Origin: Lepidodermella squamata
Lineage: Eukaryota; Animalia; Gastrotricha
Assembly (NCBI GenBank): GCA_047495785.1
Contig: JBLDXI010000032.1
Location: 2,914,001 to 2,978,000 of the forward strand
Reading direction: 5' to 3'
DNA: 64,000 nt
In this document: piece by piece, positions 23,149 to 35,434 of the stretch
How the letters are laid out: each line of letters begins with the position of its first letter
Position numbering within the stretch: position 1 is the first letter of the stretch
Notes under the pieces: generated by a model
What the model saw: the letters and a program-made list of their open reading frames with translations, nothing else
What the model was told of the DNA's origin: nothing
Databases searched by the model: none
Program-made: the position numbers and the translations under genes

Positions 23149-23760
23149 ATGGGCAGGCGCAGAAATGCAGAGCAACTGGCTCAACATCGCGAACAAATGC
23201 GGTTGATACGCGCAAATAGGACTCCTGACGAAATAGAGAAAGTTCGTGAGCGCGATCGGCGCCGCAAACAAGCCAAAACTGCGCTAATTCAGTCCGTCAA
23301 ATCGCAAGGTAATTTTTGGTGAATTTTTAAGGCTGTTATAAATATATGAATAAAAATGCAGATCAGTGTGGCGCGGTAGCATACTTGCCAACGGGATGCA
23401 ACTACTCAGCGCGGACAATAAGCGAACGCGACTTCTTGCGAAAACAAGCATTGATGGCAGAAACGTTCGAGGCGGATAAAATTATTGGTAAATTCAAGTT
23501 TATTATATTTCCAGCCATATTCATCGCATTAATTTTCAGGGCTGTGCGATTTATCGCCGCTCATCGCCAACACACTGCCTCCACTCTCACCTGGCGAAAT
23601 CACGCCACTGCTGGCACCGGACGATGCCGCGCAAACGTGGTGGCAAGAAATTAAAGACGATATGAGAAGCAGCTACCTTTCGCCGCCACTGGCACGTTTT
23701 CGCATAGCGATTCTACCTAACTGTACTCAAAGCAAAATTCCGGCCATTGAATTTCCATAG
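23149..23760 (+). CDS. Element-borne orphan C: 168 aa, N-terminal basic helix (STPR-like), 3 exons
   Basis: Exons 23149-23308, 23362-23487 and 23540-23760 are in frame. MGRRRNAEQLAQHREQMRLIRANRTPDEIEKVRERDRRRK... followed by a Pro/acidic/Trp tail. Confidence 0.65.
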
Positions 23761-24011
23761 AAATAAAACAGAGATATAATAACGCCTTCTTTTATTTCAA
23801 CCGCGCTTTTTCAATCGATCATGAAAATATACCAAAGTTTGAGAAAAATTAAAGATATCGAAATTGCAGCAAGCCATTTGAGGATCAATTCAATTCTACT
23901 TTGCGAATAAGATCATTCATTATTATACATAATTATTACAAAAATCAGTTCAGACTTTTTCGGCTGTTTCGAACATAGAGAATAATTAGAAAAAGAAATG
24001 CAGTATAATCA

Positions 24012-24740
24012 CTACTGCTGAATATTGCCACGACCAGTCAACATGAGATCACCATTAGCAACAGTGGTTATATTAATTTTATCATTTTTTACAGCCAACA
24101 ACAGGCCAAAAAAAGCTTTAGAAACGTCCTTACGGTCTAAATTTTCTACAACGTGACTGAAGCAAACATCCTGATTTCTACACAAAACGCTGAGCTGATT
24201 TTGACAAAAGCGATCGTTGTCATCGACAAAACTTAAAATTGAAGAGCTAATTAAATGAATAGGCTGAGATGAGCTATCTAATACAACATCTACCGCACCT
24301 ACACTAATTTCTTCAGATTGGGCATCGGCTGATGATGATTCAACACAACACATGAGACTCTTCTTGGCGATCGGGGTGTATTTGTCCAAAATCGAGGTTG
24401 CTTTTCGCTTTGGTGCTGACAGACGGTCAAGAGGAACTCGCGATATCGGTATTTCTTCGTCAATCTGTTCCGGCTGCAAAGCAGGCTGCTGAAGGCGGCT
24501 TATCGAAAACTGAGTTGTCGGAATGATATCGCATCCGTCTCGATCTATAAATGAATACCGATATTTTCAATTCAAAAATTAGTCGTTGTAAATACTTACG
24601 GGGGTAATTTATCAGCCGAACTTCCTTGGAATATGCAAGACCATGAATCGCTGTATATAAAAATAAATATCGATAAGAAGTGAGACCAAATAATTATAAA
24701 ACTAACCTTCGCAGTCAGGGTAGGCAGACGAATCATCCAA
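24012..24740 (-). pseudogene. 3' half of the outer element's Rad21/Rec8 kleisin gene, split by the inner insertion
   Basis: Matches 31931-32659 and includes the C-terminal winged helix. Broken in exon 3 at ...CATCCAA|CATGCTG. Confidence 0.85.
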
Positions 24741-25257
24741 CATGCTGTCGGCAGCGTCATCGGTGCCCATATTGCAAGCCGAAAATCCGCAACGACTGTC
24801 ACGTTTATTTTTAATTGTTTATTAAATATATTATATTAAATAATAATATTGTTAATCGGAATACAATGAAAATATTAAATAGCAACCCCTTCAACGTTCA
24901 ACGTTGCTAGGGGGCTCGGATGCGGTTTTCCCTAAAGCGGCAGCTGCTTCTAACCACTTGACGTCGTTATTCGCGCCAATCTGAATATCCCTGTATTGTG
25001 ACTGCTGATAGCATTGCTTTCGCTTTGCTTAAGGGTAAATTATGTTGATATACCTCGCCCTGCTGTTACGCTAGTTTCGCCAGTTCAGAGTTAGTTCTGC
25101 CATGAAGCATTTTCTTATCGGATGGTTGCTTATAGGTGTTACAAATTAATCACAGATCAAAGTTAATCACAGAACCATACATGATGCATTTCAAGCGGGC
25201 ATGATGTATTTACCTCTTTGTTTCAACTTTTTAAATGTATCTCTAGATTTTTACTTG

Positions 25258-27967
25258 ATGTCAAATCACAGTCTTGGGTCGGCAGGTTTGTTGAAGAAGT
25301 TAATGCTTCCAACTGCAACTACTGACGATGCAAGTACCCCTCGTGTTCTTGGAGGTTTCCTTCGATTTCTTTGAAAAAAACTGTGAGTCTCCTTCCTATA
25401 TTATTTTTCAGTCCTCAATGGTGCCTCTGCGATTCGGAGATCTCCTATGTTGCCTCTTTCGCCTTTGGTTTTGTCTATTGTCTCTACTCCGAAAGCTGTA
25501 TTGTCGCCGTATATCGGTATTCTTGCCATCGATAAAAAAATAGTTGCAATTTACAATTTTATTTCTTACTGGTATTAGCAAACTCTGCTAGTTCAGTTTT
25601 GACTGCAGTCACACCGTCTAGAATCGCCCCCAAGCGGTCGTTAGGCGCAGAAGCTGCTCCTCCTATTGGGCTAACACCGGCTAAAACCGTCCCCAAGCGA
25701 TTGCTAGAAGGGAAAGCTTTGGAAGACTACAAAACAATCCGTTCATTAGGTGAGCATTTTATCTATTATGCCAGAATTTCCCTAATAATTGATTCTCAGA
25801 AGCTCAACTTGCTGCTACCAAGAGCAATCTTGACGAATGTCGCCGTGAGAGGGACATTTTTAAGACTTTTGTACCTCAAGGATTGGCCCTCAACGTCAAG
25901 GAACAAAATCCATTAGCTTTATTGAGTCGCCAAAAACGATGCGATCGGCACAAAGGGCAGCTAATCAAGCCCTTGAATGCGCTGTTCGGGAGACTATCGA
26001 GCTTCGGTAGTTTCTATCCTGTCACCTCCCTGTCTGTACAAGTTAGTTTTTTTAATTATCGCTCAGAATTCATCTACACCTCACTCGTTGTCTAGGTGAA
26101 CTTTAGCCATGGTGTTGCTGCAAAGAAAATTTGGGTTGGTGACGATGAGGCTAGGAAAACAGCCCTTAGAAGGTAAGGTTTAAACTATTGCTAGCAATTA
26201 GTAGCAACTGATGACTTGTTTTAATCTAGTCTCGTGCGAGATTACTCCACGAAGTATTGGTCCATGAGGACGGTGTTTAAAATACTAAAAACCTCAACAT
26301 ATCAAATAACTCAGCGCGAATTCGAACAAGAAAAGAAAATCCTAGCAAACATCCTGCCCATCCAGGTTGTTGTCGTTCCAGAGGGTAAAGACGTGACCAG
26401 TGCTGCTTTCGTGCTTCCTAGTCGTCAGATACCTTACCTTTTTCGCAATGGAATCGTTCCGAAGCCCATGGCTCCAACTGTCAACATCCGTATTCAAGGC
26501 AAATACATTTTAAACTGAAATTTCCAATATTTAATTTTTATTTCTTTTCTAGGCGATGGTACGATTTTCCGGACGGGCAAATTTCCTCATTACCGACTCA
26601 ATTACGGCTTTTTTCATCAGAAAGTCGCCGTCTCAACTGTAACCGAATACACTGCGGGCGTGTTTTTCGGCAAGGAATCGCGAGAAAACCTGGAATATTT
26701 ATTGCCAGTATTCGATGATTTTAACGAGCTGAAAGTTACAGGCCTCACACTTGATGATGGTGTCAAATTAGATGTTACACTGTAAGTTGCCTCAGGCTTT
26801 TTCCAGAAGTCATTTATTTCAATATTCTTTAAATATAGTTCCATTTGCGCTGATCTACCGGCTATTGGCAAGCTGGTTGGAACTAGCCACACCGACGCGC
26901 TTGGCTGCCCATGTTGCGTCTTCAATTTTGTTGACGACGCAAAGCCTTTGAATGTTCTCATCGACGAAAACGATCGCAAGCCGAAGCGCGATCTGCCTTC
27001 CAGCCTCGTTAAAATCGACGCTGACGACATTTACTGGTGCTCTCTTCACTGTGCCTTGCGTATCGCGTTCCTTGTTCTTCGAGCGGTAAGATCGTCATAT
27101 CTATTCTCATTGCTCTTAATATATTTTATTTTTTTTTTATAGTTTTTTCTGTTTATGAAGGAGTCCGTGGTGGATTATGAGCTACGCATCTCCCAACTCG
27201 TCCAAAGTTACGACCGAAAGGCAGTTGTCAGCTTTGAAAAGAGCGAGGTGAAAATCAGCAACATGAATCACCACACGCTTTTCAAGCTGCTATTCGATGC
27301 TGACGAACTGTGGTCGCCGATGTCGGTCTGCAGGGGTGGTTGGGAAGTCGATTACGTCCTGAAGCAGCATCGCGGCTCGAAACCATTTAGCGACTTCCTC
27401 GCGCAAAAGCAGATTTCCGCCAAGTCTCTCACTCGCAAGGAGCTTGCTAGCGCAGCCGTTGACCACGGCTTTTTGGTCGAAGGGTCCCCGATTCAGGCCA
27501 AGTTGGTCCAGTTCGCTGAAGCCAAGAAGCTCTACAAAAAGCTATTCGCTCTAATTCGCTGTAAAGATCAGTCTATTCCGATTCCCGATTCCGACGCAGA
27601 TTTTCACGCTTTCGCGAACCTCGTCCGTCGGCTTTCGGGATGCTATACCCCCTACCTTCATATCTTTCAATTCCACACTTGGGATAGACTTGAACGTCTT
27701 CGCCTCGCTGGAACCTATCTTGCCGCCATTTCGGGTGAAAATGTCGAAATCCTGCACAAGATCGGGAAAGAACAGCTTGCGCATCAAGTCTGTCTTATAG
27801 GCGGTCATGAGAGTCAGCAGATTATGGAATTGTGCAATGTCCGTTTGGCCTCGGATATTGGTGCGAATAATGCTTACATCGAATCTCAGCCAACTGTAGT
27901 TACATCAGCTGTCAACTTCAGCGATTCTAATGACTTCGAGCCATTCGATTTCACGTGCGATTGTTGA
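25258..27967 (+). CDS. RAG1/Transib/CMC-type DDE transposase (inner copy)
   Basis: Same exon structure and motifs as 17326-20032. The last-exon 270 aa are identical at protein level. Confidence 0.85.
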
Positions 27968-29186
27968 TTTTTCTTATTTCAATACGACTAATATTCTGAG
28001 TATTAATCTGAGTCTTTCAATGGATGTTTTGCATGGTTTTGTTGACTAAAAATGAGTATTCGTTCATTACTTTCATTTTTCGATGGCGATCTCGTTGTAG
28101 TTATAATTCGCAAAAAATCTTGTTTTCAATCTTGACTGAATGATAATTATTTGTGGTCTTAGCTAGTCCCACTAATCGATGGGCAATATATTTGTTTAAC
28201 GCCGCCTTAATAATTGCTTGTATTACTGATTAGAGGATACGTCTCTGAGAATACGTTTTTCAAATAGGAATAATTGTGGTTTCATATATTCATTTTGTAT
28301 AAAATTGACTACGCCGCTTTTCAATCAACACTATGTATTAATTCCTCTTTTCTTCGTGACTATTGATCGTTCCATATGTTGTTAACCCGTGCAAACCGAC
28401 ATCGGTGATCAGTTCATCATCATCGAATAGCTGTTTGAAAAGCGTGTGTTTTATTCTATTTTAATTATCACGTTCTGAGACGTCAACCGCCTTAATGATT
28501 TGGGGTCTTACCCAGTCCTACCGGTATTTCGATAATTCTCCACCTTAAATAATTTCAAAAATTATAATTATATTATTGGAAAAATCTATCCGGTGGAATG
28601 TCGGTTTTATGGCCATATAAAACCGCCTTGATATTGTTTAATAATGTATATTTTCTTCTCTGAGTTCGTTTTTTATAACGAAATCTCGTGCTTGATTAAT
28701 ATGGCGAATTCATTATTTTATTATCATCGGCTGGTTTCATTGATATACGCTTTCCGATTATCGATGAATTCGTATTAATTTAGCTCGACTTTCGTTTTCA
28801 GCTATCTCAATATTTTTTGTGATATTATTCGATAATTTCAAAGTTTTACGCCGATAATGTATACAAAGCCACCTTAATAATATTTATGAGCTCCTAATTG
28901 GAATTATCTCCTGATTTGCTATAAAATAGCATCCTCTCATTGAAACTCAGCTCTTTCTAAGCCGTTCTGTTATCTCTGCACCGACCTATTAATGGTATTG
29001 TTCGATCTTCCGAGCTAAAAATCTTCACTAATTTGCCATTCGGTAATAAATAAACAGGAAACAAATAAAAAGCATGCCATGCGTGTGTTTTATTACGTGT
29101 TAAAAATTGCGATTGTACAATATTGCGTTGAAGCAGCCATCATTCATTAGACAAAAAGCAACGAGAAAATCGGACAATTAAATGTA

Positions 29187-29624
29187 TCACTTCTTGAACA
29201 AGCGCTTAGGTTTCGGCGCTGGTTGTATTTTGCCCAGCCTCGAACAAAAGAGCCGAAATAAGATCCGGCGTTCCTGCTTGGCAGCACTGCTGTTGCGATC
29301 GTGATCGGGGTAAAGTCGGTATCGATTGCTCATAAGCACGCGAGGCTCGAGATCGAAATAGGCCGCCACCTCCTCGTCGGTTGTAGGTGTTGTAGGGTGG
29401 ATACGATTATCAGGATGCTAAAATATAATATAACATAGAGCCAAATAACAAAAATGAAATTAGACTAAAATTACCTCTTCAGCGGTTTTGCTTGGCGTCG
29501 TCTTCTGACGATCAGCCACGATTCGGGGTTGTCGCCGTTGTTTCGGGGTACTGGGAGTAGCCTTAACTTTTCGCTCCATGATATCTACCTTACGACAGGG
29601 GCGCTTATGACTTGTTGATGACAT
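29187..29624 (-). CDS. Orphan A (inner copy)
   Basis: Duplicate of 21268-21705, intact. Confidence 0.65.
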
Positions 29625-29665
29625 GTTAAATAAAATGAGGTTCTAAAATAAATAAAAAACAGATT

Positions 29666-30256
29666 TTAGAATCGAACTGAATTTATACGAATTATAGCCT
29701 TGCAAATGGCTTGCGGCGAGTTTTCAATAATAGGTTTTTTCATAGAAAACGAGACGTTATTTACAAGGCTAGTTCTAGTGTTTCTTTTCACGGCAAACAG
29801 CGAAACGGCAAAGTCGAAACGGCTGAAAATTTCGGCGAGATGTTCGGCCGATAGTTGAATGTAGCGCTTTTTCTCGCTACAAAATTCAAACATTTTACTC
29901 GATATCACATATTAGTCACTGTTTACCCACCTTTTAAAAATTTCCAGCTGAGCCAACTTACCTACGGGAAAAACGCAATGACGGGCTACGACCTTGAGCT
30001 GATTCAGCATTGGCTTAGCTGCATCGCGATTAAGCTGGGTTTCGAGTGCTAGAGCCACTTGGTTAGCCAGAAATAGCATTTCTTTTCGGCGATCAAAAAC
30101 AGCTAAAGGATCGAACAGCTTGAGTTCAAGGACGCGTACTAGCCGCACTTGTTGCTGTTTCTTTAAGTAATCGTCGACGCGCCGAAATTCAGTCACGGCA
30201 GAGCCATAAATCACAGGCTTCTTCAAAGTTGCGCGCTCTCGCAAACAATAGGCCAT
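29666..30256 (-). CDS. Orphan B (inner copy)
   Basis: Duplicate of 21747-22337 with one F>L change. Confidence 0.6.
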
Positions 30257-31067
30257 AATTAAGGTGTATAATTAGTTAATGACAAAACTAAGGATCAAAA
30301 ATATTCAATAGTATTAAATAGGTAGATATATACAGAAATATCGAACAAATTAAGGTGGCTAACTGATGCCCAAACAAAATGAGCAATTAATGAGCGCGCA
30401 GCTGGATCAATGCGTAGAATATAGAAACGCTTGGATGAGAAAAAACTAATGCCGCAATAATTATTATAATAATAGCACCAAGCCGCGGAATAGGCGCACT
30501 TTCCGCCTTAAGTAAAAAGATTTTTAAGGTGGAGAGCGCAATATATGATAAGTCTTATAATAAGTGGTAGAGTTGTAACTGGGCCAAAGTAAAATATTTC
30601 GCGAATTTTTGATATATGTCACTCAAACCGACCGATGCCGCGAACACATGGAAGATTGAGATCGCTATTTCGACCGATCGTACATCAGAGAGACACACCG
30701 TGAATTCACGCCGCCTTAATAAACGCCGGGCGGCGGGCGCGTTACTGCTTGGAGCGCGCGCACGCATATATAGCTTTACCAGGCACCTTCTAGGCACCAA
30801 CAGGTGCGCTATACAACCTGAATTTCGACCCTTCCGACCACGGAATGACCACGGAATGACCACGGAAAGGTGTCAATATTTGAGAATAAAAGAATTCAAT
30901 ACGCGCGCAGAAGAATGGCATACGATCGAACAATCGCACACCTTTCAATGCGCTGCGCGCGCGCATTCGAGTGGATAGGCGCTAATATTATTACGAATTG
31001 AAGCAAGTGGGAAGAGGATGAAAAAAATTAAATACGCCTAAACCGCATAACTGAAAAGTAGCAAAAA

Positions 31068-31679
31068 ATGGGCAGGCGCAGAAATGCAGAGCAACTGGCT
31101 CAACATCGCGAACAAATGCGGTTGATACGCGCAAATAGGACTCCTGACGAAATAGAGAAAGTTCGTGAGCGCGATCGGCGCCGCAAACAAGCCAAAACTG
31201 CGCTAATTCAGTCCGTCAAATCGCAAGGTAATTTTTGGTGAATTTTTAAGGCTGTTATAAATATATGAATAAAAATGCAGATCAGTGTGGCGCGGTAGCA
31301 TACTTGCCAACGGGATGCAACTACTCAGCGCGGACAATAAGCGAACGCGACTTCTTGCGAAAACAAGCATTGATGGCAGAAACGTTCGAGGCGGATAAAA
31401 TTATTGGTAAATTCAAGTTTATTATATTTTCAGCCATATTCATCGCATTAATTTTCAGGGCTGTGCGATTTATCGCCGCTCATCGCCAACACACTGCCTC
31501 CACTCTCACCTGGCGAAATCACGCCACTGCTGGCACCGGACGATGCCGCGCAAACGTGGTGGCAAGAAATTAAAGACGATATGAGAAGCAGCTACCTTTC
31601 GCCGCCACTGGCACGTTTTCGCATAGCGATTCTACCTAACTGTACTCAAAGCAAAATTCCGGCCATTGAATTTCCATAG
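31068..31679 (+). CDS. Orphan C (inner copy)
   Basis: Duplicate of 23149-23760, intact. Confidence 0.65.
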
Positions 31680-31930
31680 CAATAAAACAGAGATATAATA
31701 ACGCCTTCTTTTATTTCAACCGCGCTTTTTCAATCGATCATGAAAATATACCAAAGTTTGAGAAAAATTAAAGATATCGAAATTGCAGCAAGCCATTTGG
31801 GGATCAATTCAATTCTACTTTGCGAATAAGATCATTCATTATTATACATAATTATTACAAAAATCAGTTCAGACTTTTTCGGCTGTTTCGAACATAGAGA
31901 ATAATTAGAAAAAGAAATGCAGTATAATCA

Positions 31931-33605
31931 CTACTGCTGAATATTGCCACGACCAGTCAACATGAGATCACCATTAGCAACAGTGGTTATATTAATTTTA
32001 TCATTTTTTACAGCCAACAACAGGCCAAAAAAAGCTTTAGAAACGTCCTTACGGTCTAAATTTTCTACAACGTGACTGAAGCAAACATCCTGATTTCTAC
32101 ACAAAACGCTGAGCTGATTTTGACAAAAGCGATCGTTGTCATCGACAAAACTTAAAATTGAAGAGCTAATTAAATGAATAGGCTGAGATGAGCTATCTAA
32201 TACAACATCTACCGCACCTACACTAATTTCTTCAGATTGGGCATCGGCTGATGATGATTCAACACAACACATGAGACTCTTCTTGGCGATCGGGGTGTAT
32301 TTGTCCAAAATCGAGGTTGCTTTTCGCTTTGGTGCTGACAGACGGTCAAGAGGAACTCGCGATATCGGTATTTCTTCGTCAATCTGTTCCGGCTGCAAAG
32401 CAGGCTGCTGAAGGCGGCTTATCGAAAACTGAGTTGTCGGAATGATATCGCATCCGTCTCGATCTATAAATGAATACCGATATTTTCAATTCAAAAATTA
32501 GTCGTTGTAAATACTTACGGGGGTAATTTATCAGCCGAACTTCCTTGGAATATGCAAGACCATGAATCGCTGTATATAAAAATAAATATCGATAAGAAGT
32601 GAGACCAAATAATTATAAAACTAACCTTCGCAGTCAGGGTAGGCAGACGAATCATCCAAGATATTCGTGAATGGTAAAGTATCTAAACAAATATAGTAGA
32701 TAACGCTAACGAATTAATGAAAATCCCAACCTAGAATGCTGAAAATGTTAGTCCTTAAACGAGAAGAAACTTCGATAGCAGGCCTTCTGATGAGAACGTC
32801 AGCTGGGATGATGTGATCACTTCTTAGGCCACCAATGCGATCCAAAGCTATTGAGCGACTGAAGAGTGGGGCAAACCAGAAGTCGAATTCCTTCTCTTCA
32901 TACTCCAGCGTCGTGGCGGAGTTGAGGTGCTTTGCGGTATCGAAAATAGCAGCACGATCATCCCATTCAGGCACGTCTTTCAAAGTCAAGTACGACGCAT
33001 GCTCTTCTTTCATCTCCTGAGTTAACAGATCAAAGATCGGGATGGTTGAATCGATGTCTCCGTTAACCAAGAGTCCAAAGCCATCGTCAACGATGGGTTC
33101 AGAATCCACATCAAAGTTGCAATTAGTACCGATCAACGGGGCACAAGGCAGCTCAAGCTGGTGCGAAGCTGACTCCAAGTAGACCACATCGCATAGCTGA
33201 AAGCAACATCATAGTTGAAAAAAACAAAAATAACAATCTTGGGTATATAATTACCGAACGAATAATGGGCACATCACAGGATGGCAAGCGGCACCCCAGC
33301 TGCTCGAGAGCTTTCGACACGTAGGTGTTGGTATCGATAGTCTCGACGCGCTTAACAATATCAACCTGCAAAATGCAAAGGGAGTCATTAGCATCATGAA
33401 ACAGCCTGCTGACTTTCAGGCTGTAAATAGTACTAAGAACATAAATTAGCTGGCCGTAAGTTCGAAGCTCGAGCGTAACTGCGGAACGAGCAAGATCACA
33501 AAACTGCTTAACGTCAACGGTGGCAACGATCGACGACAGCAGCGGCTGATTCGCGATAACACGGCGATAAACATTGCTACGGATAAAAGTCGTCAAACTC
33601 TCCAT
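31931..33605 (-). CDS. Rad21/Rec8-family cohesin alpha-kleisin, ~485 aa, 5 exons, transposon-encoded
   Basis: Exons 33605-33255, 33196-32731, 32682-32626, 32569-32519 and 32463-31931 are joined by four 48-58 bp GT-AG introns into a 1458-nt open frame. N-terminal LELRTYGQLIYVLSTIYSLKVSRLFHDANDSL resembles the Rad21_Rec8_N motif (human RAD21 [31 protein letters not shown]). C-terminal FSHVVENLDRKDVSKAFFGLLLAVKNDKINITTVANGDLML resembles the kleisin winged helix (RAD21 [25 protein letters not shown]). Confidence 0.85.
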
Positions 33606-34168
33606 CTAATAATGACAAAGCGGACTTTCAGGTGAGATTAAAATTGCAAGCCGGTGAGTATAAACTATAAACCAAGCGTTGCCTTAAAGTGATAGACGCA
33701 ATAAAATCTAACAGCACCAAGGAAGTCGTAAATAGCTGGCATGTAATCAAACATCAGTTACTTAAAATGCGGTTTGCGTTCTACCCTCGAGCTAACCTAT
33801 ATCTCCGACAATTATATGAGACATCGCAAGCAAGCACCAAGAAGCACCATAAGGGACAAAGTTTCTAAGTGTTTGCTATCAACAACATATTAGGGCATTT
33901 AGCAGTCTCAAATCCAACACGGGCAGATTGGCGCGCGAATAACGACGTCAAGTGGTTAGAAGCAGCTGCCGCTTTAGGGAAAACCACATCCGAGCCCCCT
34001 AGCAACGTTGAACGTTGAAGGGGTTGCTATTTAATATTTTCATTGTATTCCGATTAACAATATTATTATTTAATATAATATATTTAATAAACAATTAAAA
34101 ATAAACGTGACAGTCGTTGCGGATTTTCGGCTTGCAATATGGGCACCGATGACGCTGCCGACAGCATG

Positions 34169-35116
34169 AAGATATTCGTGAATGGTAAAGTATCTAAACA
34201 AATATAGTAGATAACGCTAACGAATTAATGAAAATCCCAACCTAGAATGCTGAAAATGTTAGTCCTTAAACGAGAAGAAACTTCGATAGCAGGCCTTCTG
34301 ATGAGAACGTCAGCTGGGATGATGTGATCACTTCTTAGGCCACCAATGCGATCCAAAGCTATTGAGCGACTGAAGAGTGGGGCAAACCAGAAGTCGAATT
34401 CCTTCTCTTCATACTCCAGCGTCGTGGCGGAGTTGAGGTGCTTTGCGGTATCGAAAATAGCAGCACGATCATCCCATTCAGGCACGTCTTTCAAAGTCAA
34501 GTACGACGCATGCTCTTCTTTCATCTCCTGAGTTAACAGATCAAAGATCGGGATGGTTGAATCGATGTCTCCGTTAACCAAGAGTCCAAAGCCATCGTCA
34601 ACGATGGGTTCAGAATCCACATCAAAGTTGCAATTAGTACCGATCAACGGGGCACAAGGCAGCTCAAGCTGGTGCGAAGCTGACTCCAAGTAGACCACAT
34701 CGCATAGCTGAAAGCAACATCATAGTTGAAAAAAACAAAAATAACAATCTTGGGTATATAATTACCGAACGAATAATGGGCACATCACAGGATGGCAAGC
34801 GGCACCCCAGCTGCTCGAGAGCTTTCGACACGTAGGTGTTGGTATCGATAGTCTCGACGCGCTTAACAATATCAACCTGCAAAATGCAAAGGGAGTCATT
34901 AGCATCATGAAACAGCCTGCTGACTTTCAGGCTGTAAATAGTACTAAGAACATAAATTAGCTGGCCGTAAGTTCGAAGCTCGAGCGTAACTGCGGAACGA
35001 GCAAGATCACAAAACTGCTTAACGTCAACGGTGGCAACGATCGACGACAGCAGCGGCTGATTCGCGATAACACGGCGATAAACATTGCTACGGATAAAAG
35101 TCGTCAAACTCTCCAT
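34169..35116 (-). pseudogene. 5' half of the outer element's kleisin gene
   Basis: Matches 32658-33605 (exons 1, 2 and the start of exon 3). Confidence 0.85.
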
Positions 35117-35434
35117 CTAATAATGACAAAGCGGACTTTCAGGTGAGATTAAAATTGCAAGCCGGTGAGTACAAACTATAAACCAAGCGTTGCCTTAAAG
35201 TGATAGACGCAATAAAATCTAACAGCACCAAGGAAGTCGTAAATAGCTGGCATGTAATCAAACATCAGTTACTTAAAATGCGGTTTGCGTTCTACCCTCG
35301 AGCTAACCTATATCTCCGACAATTATATGAGACATCGCAAGCAAGCACCAAGAAGCACCATAAGGGACAAAGTTTCTAAGTGTTTGCTATCAACAACATA
35401 TTAGGGCATTTAGCAGTCTCAAATCCAACACGGG

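Larger units (their letters stand above)
24741..34168 (+). mobile_element. Inner, intact copy of the kleisin-carrying DDE transposon (9428 bp)
   Basis: TIRs at 24741-24983 and 33924-34168. AA flanks both ends (24739-24740, 34169-34170). The empty target site AATCATCCAAGATATTCG is visible at 32650-32667. Confidence 0.95.

Noticed and set aside
16799-32659. Simple 7.9 kb tandem duplication or assembly duplication
   Set aside because: TIR geometry, separate 2-bp TSDs at both levels, the preserved empty site and scattered sequence differences fit nested transposition better.
24741-34168. ProtoRAG with a RAG2-like partner gene
   Set aside because: The convergent gene shows kleisin motifs rather than kelch repeats or a PHD finger. 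The ends lack the CACAGTG-type heptamer and the TSD is 2 bp, not 5.
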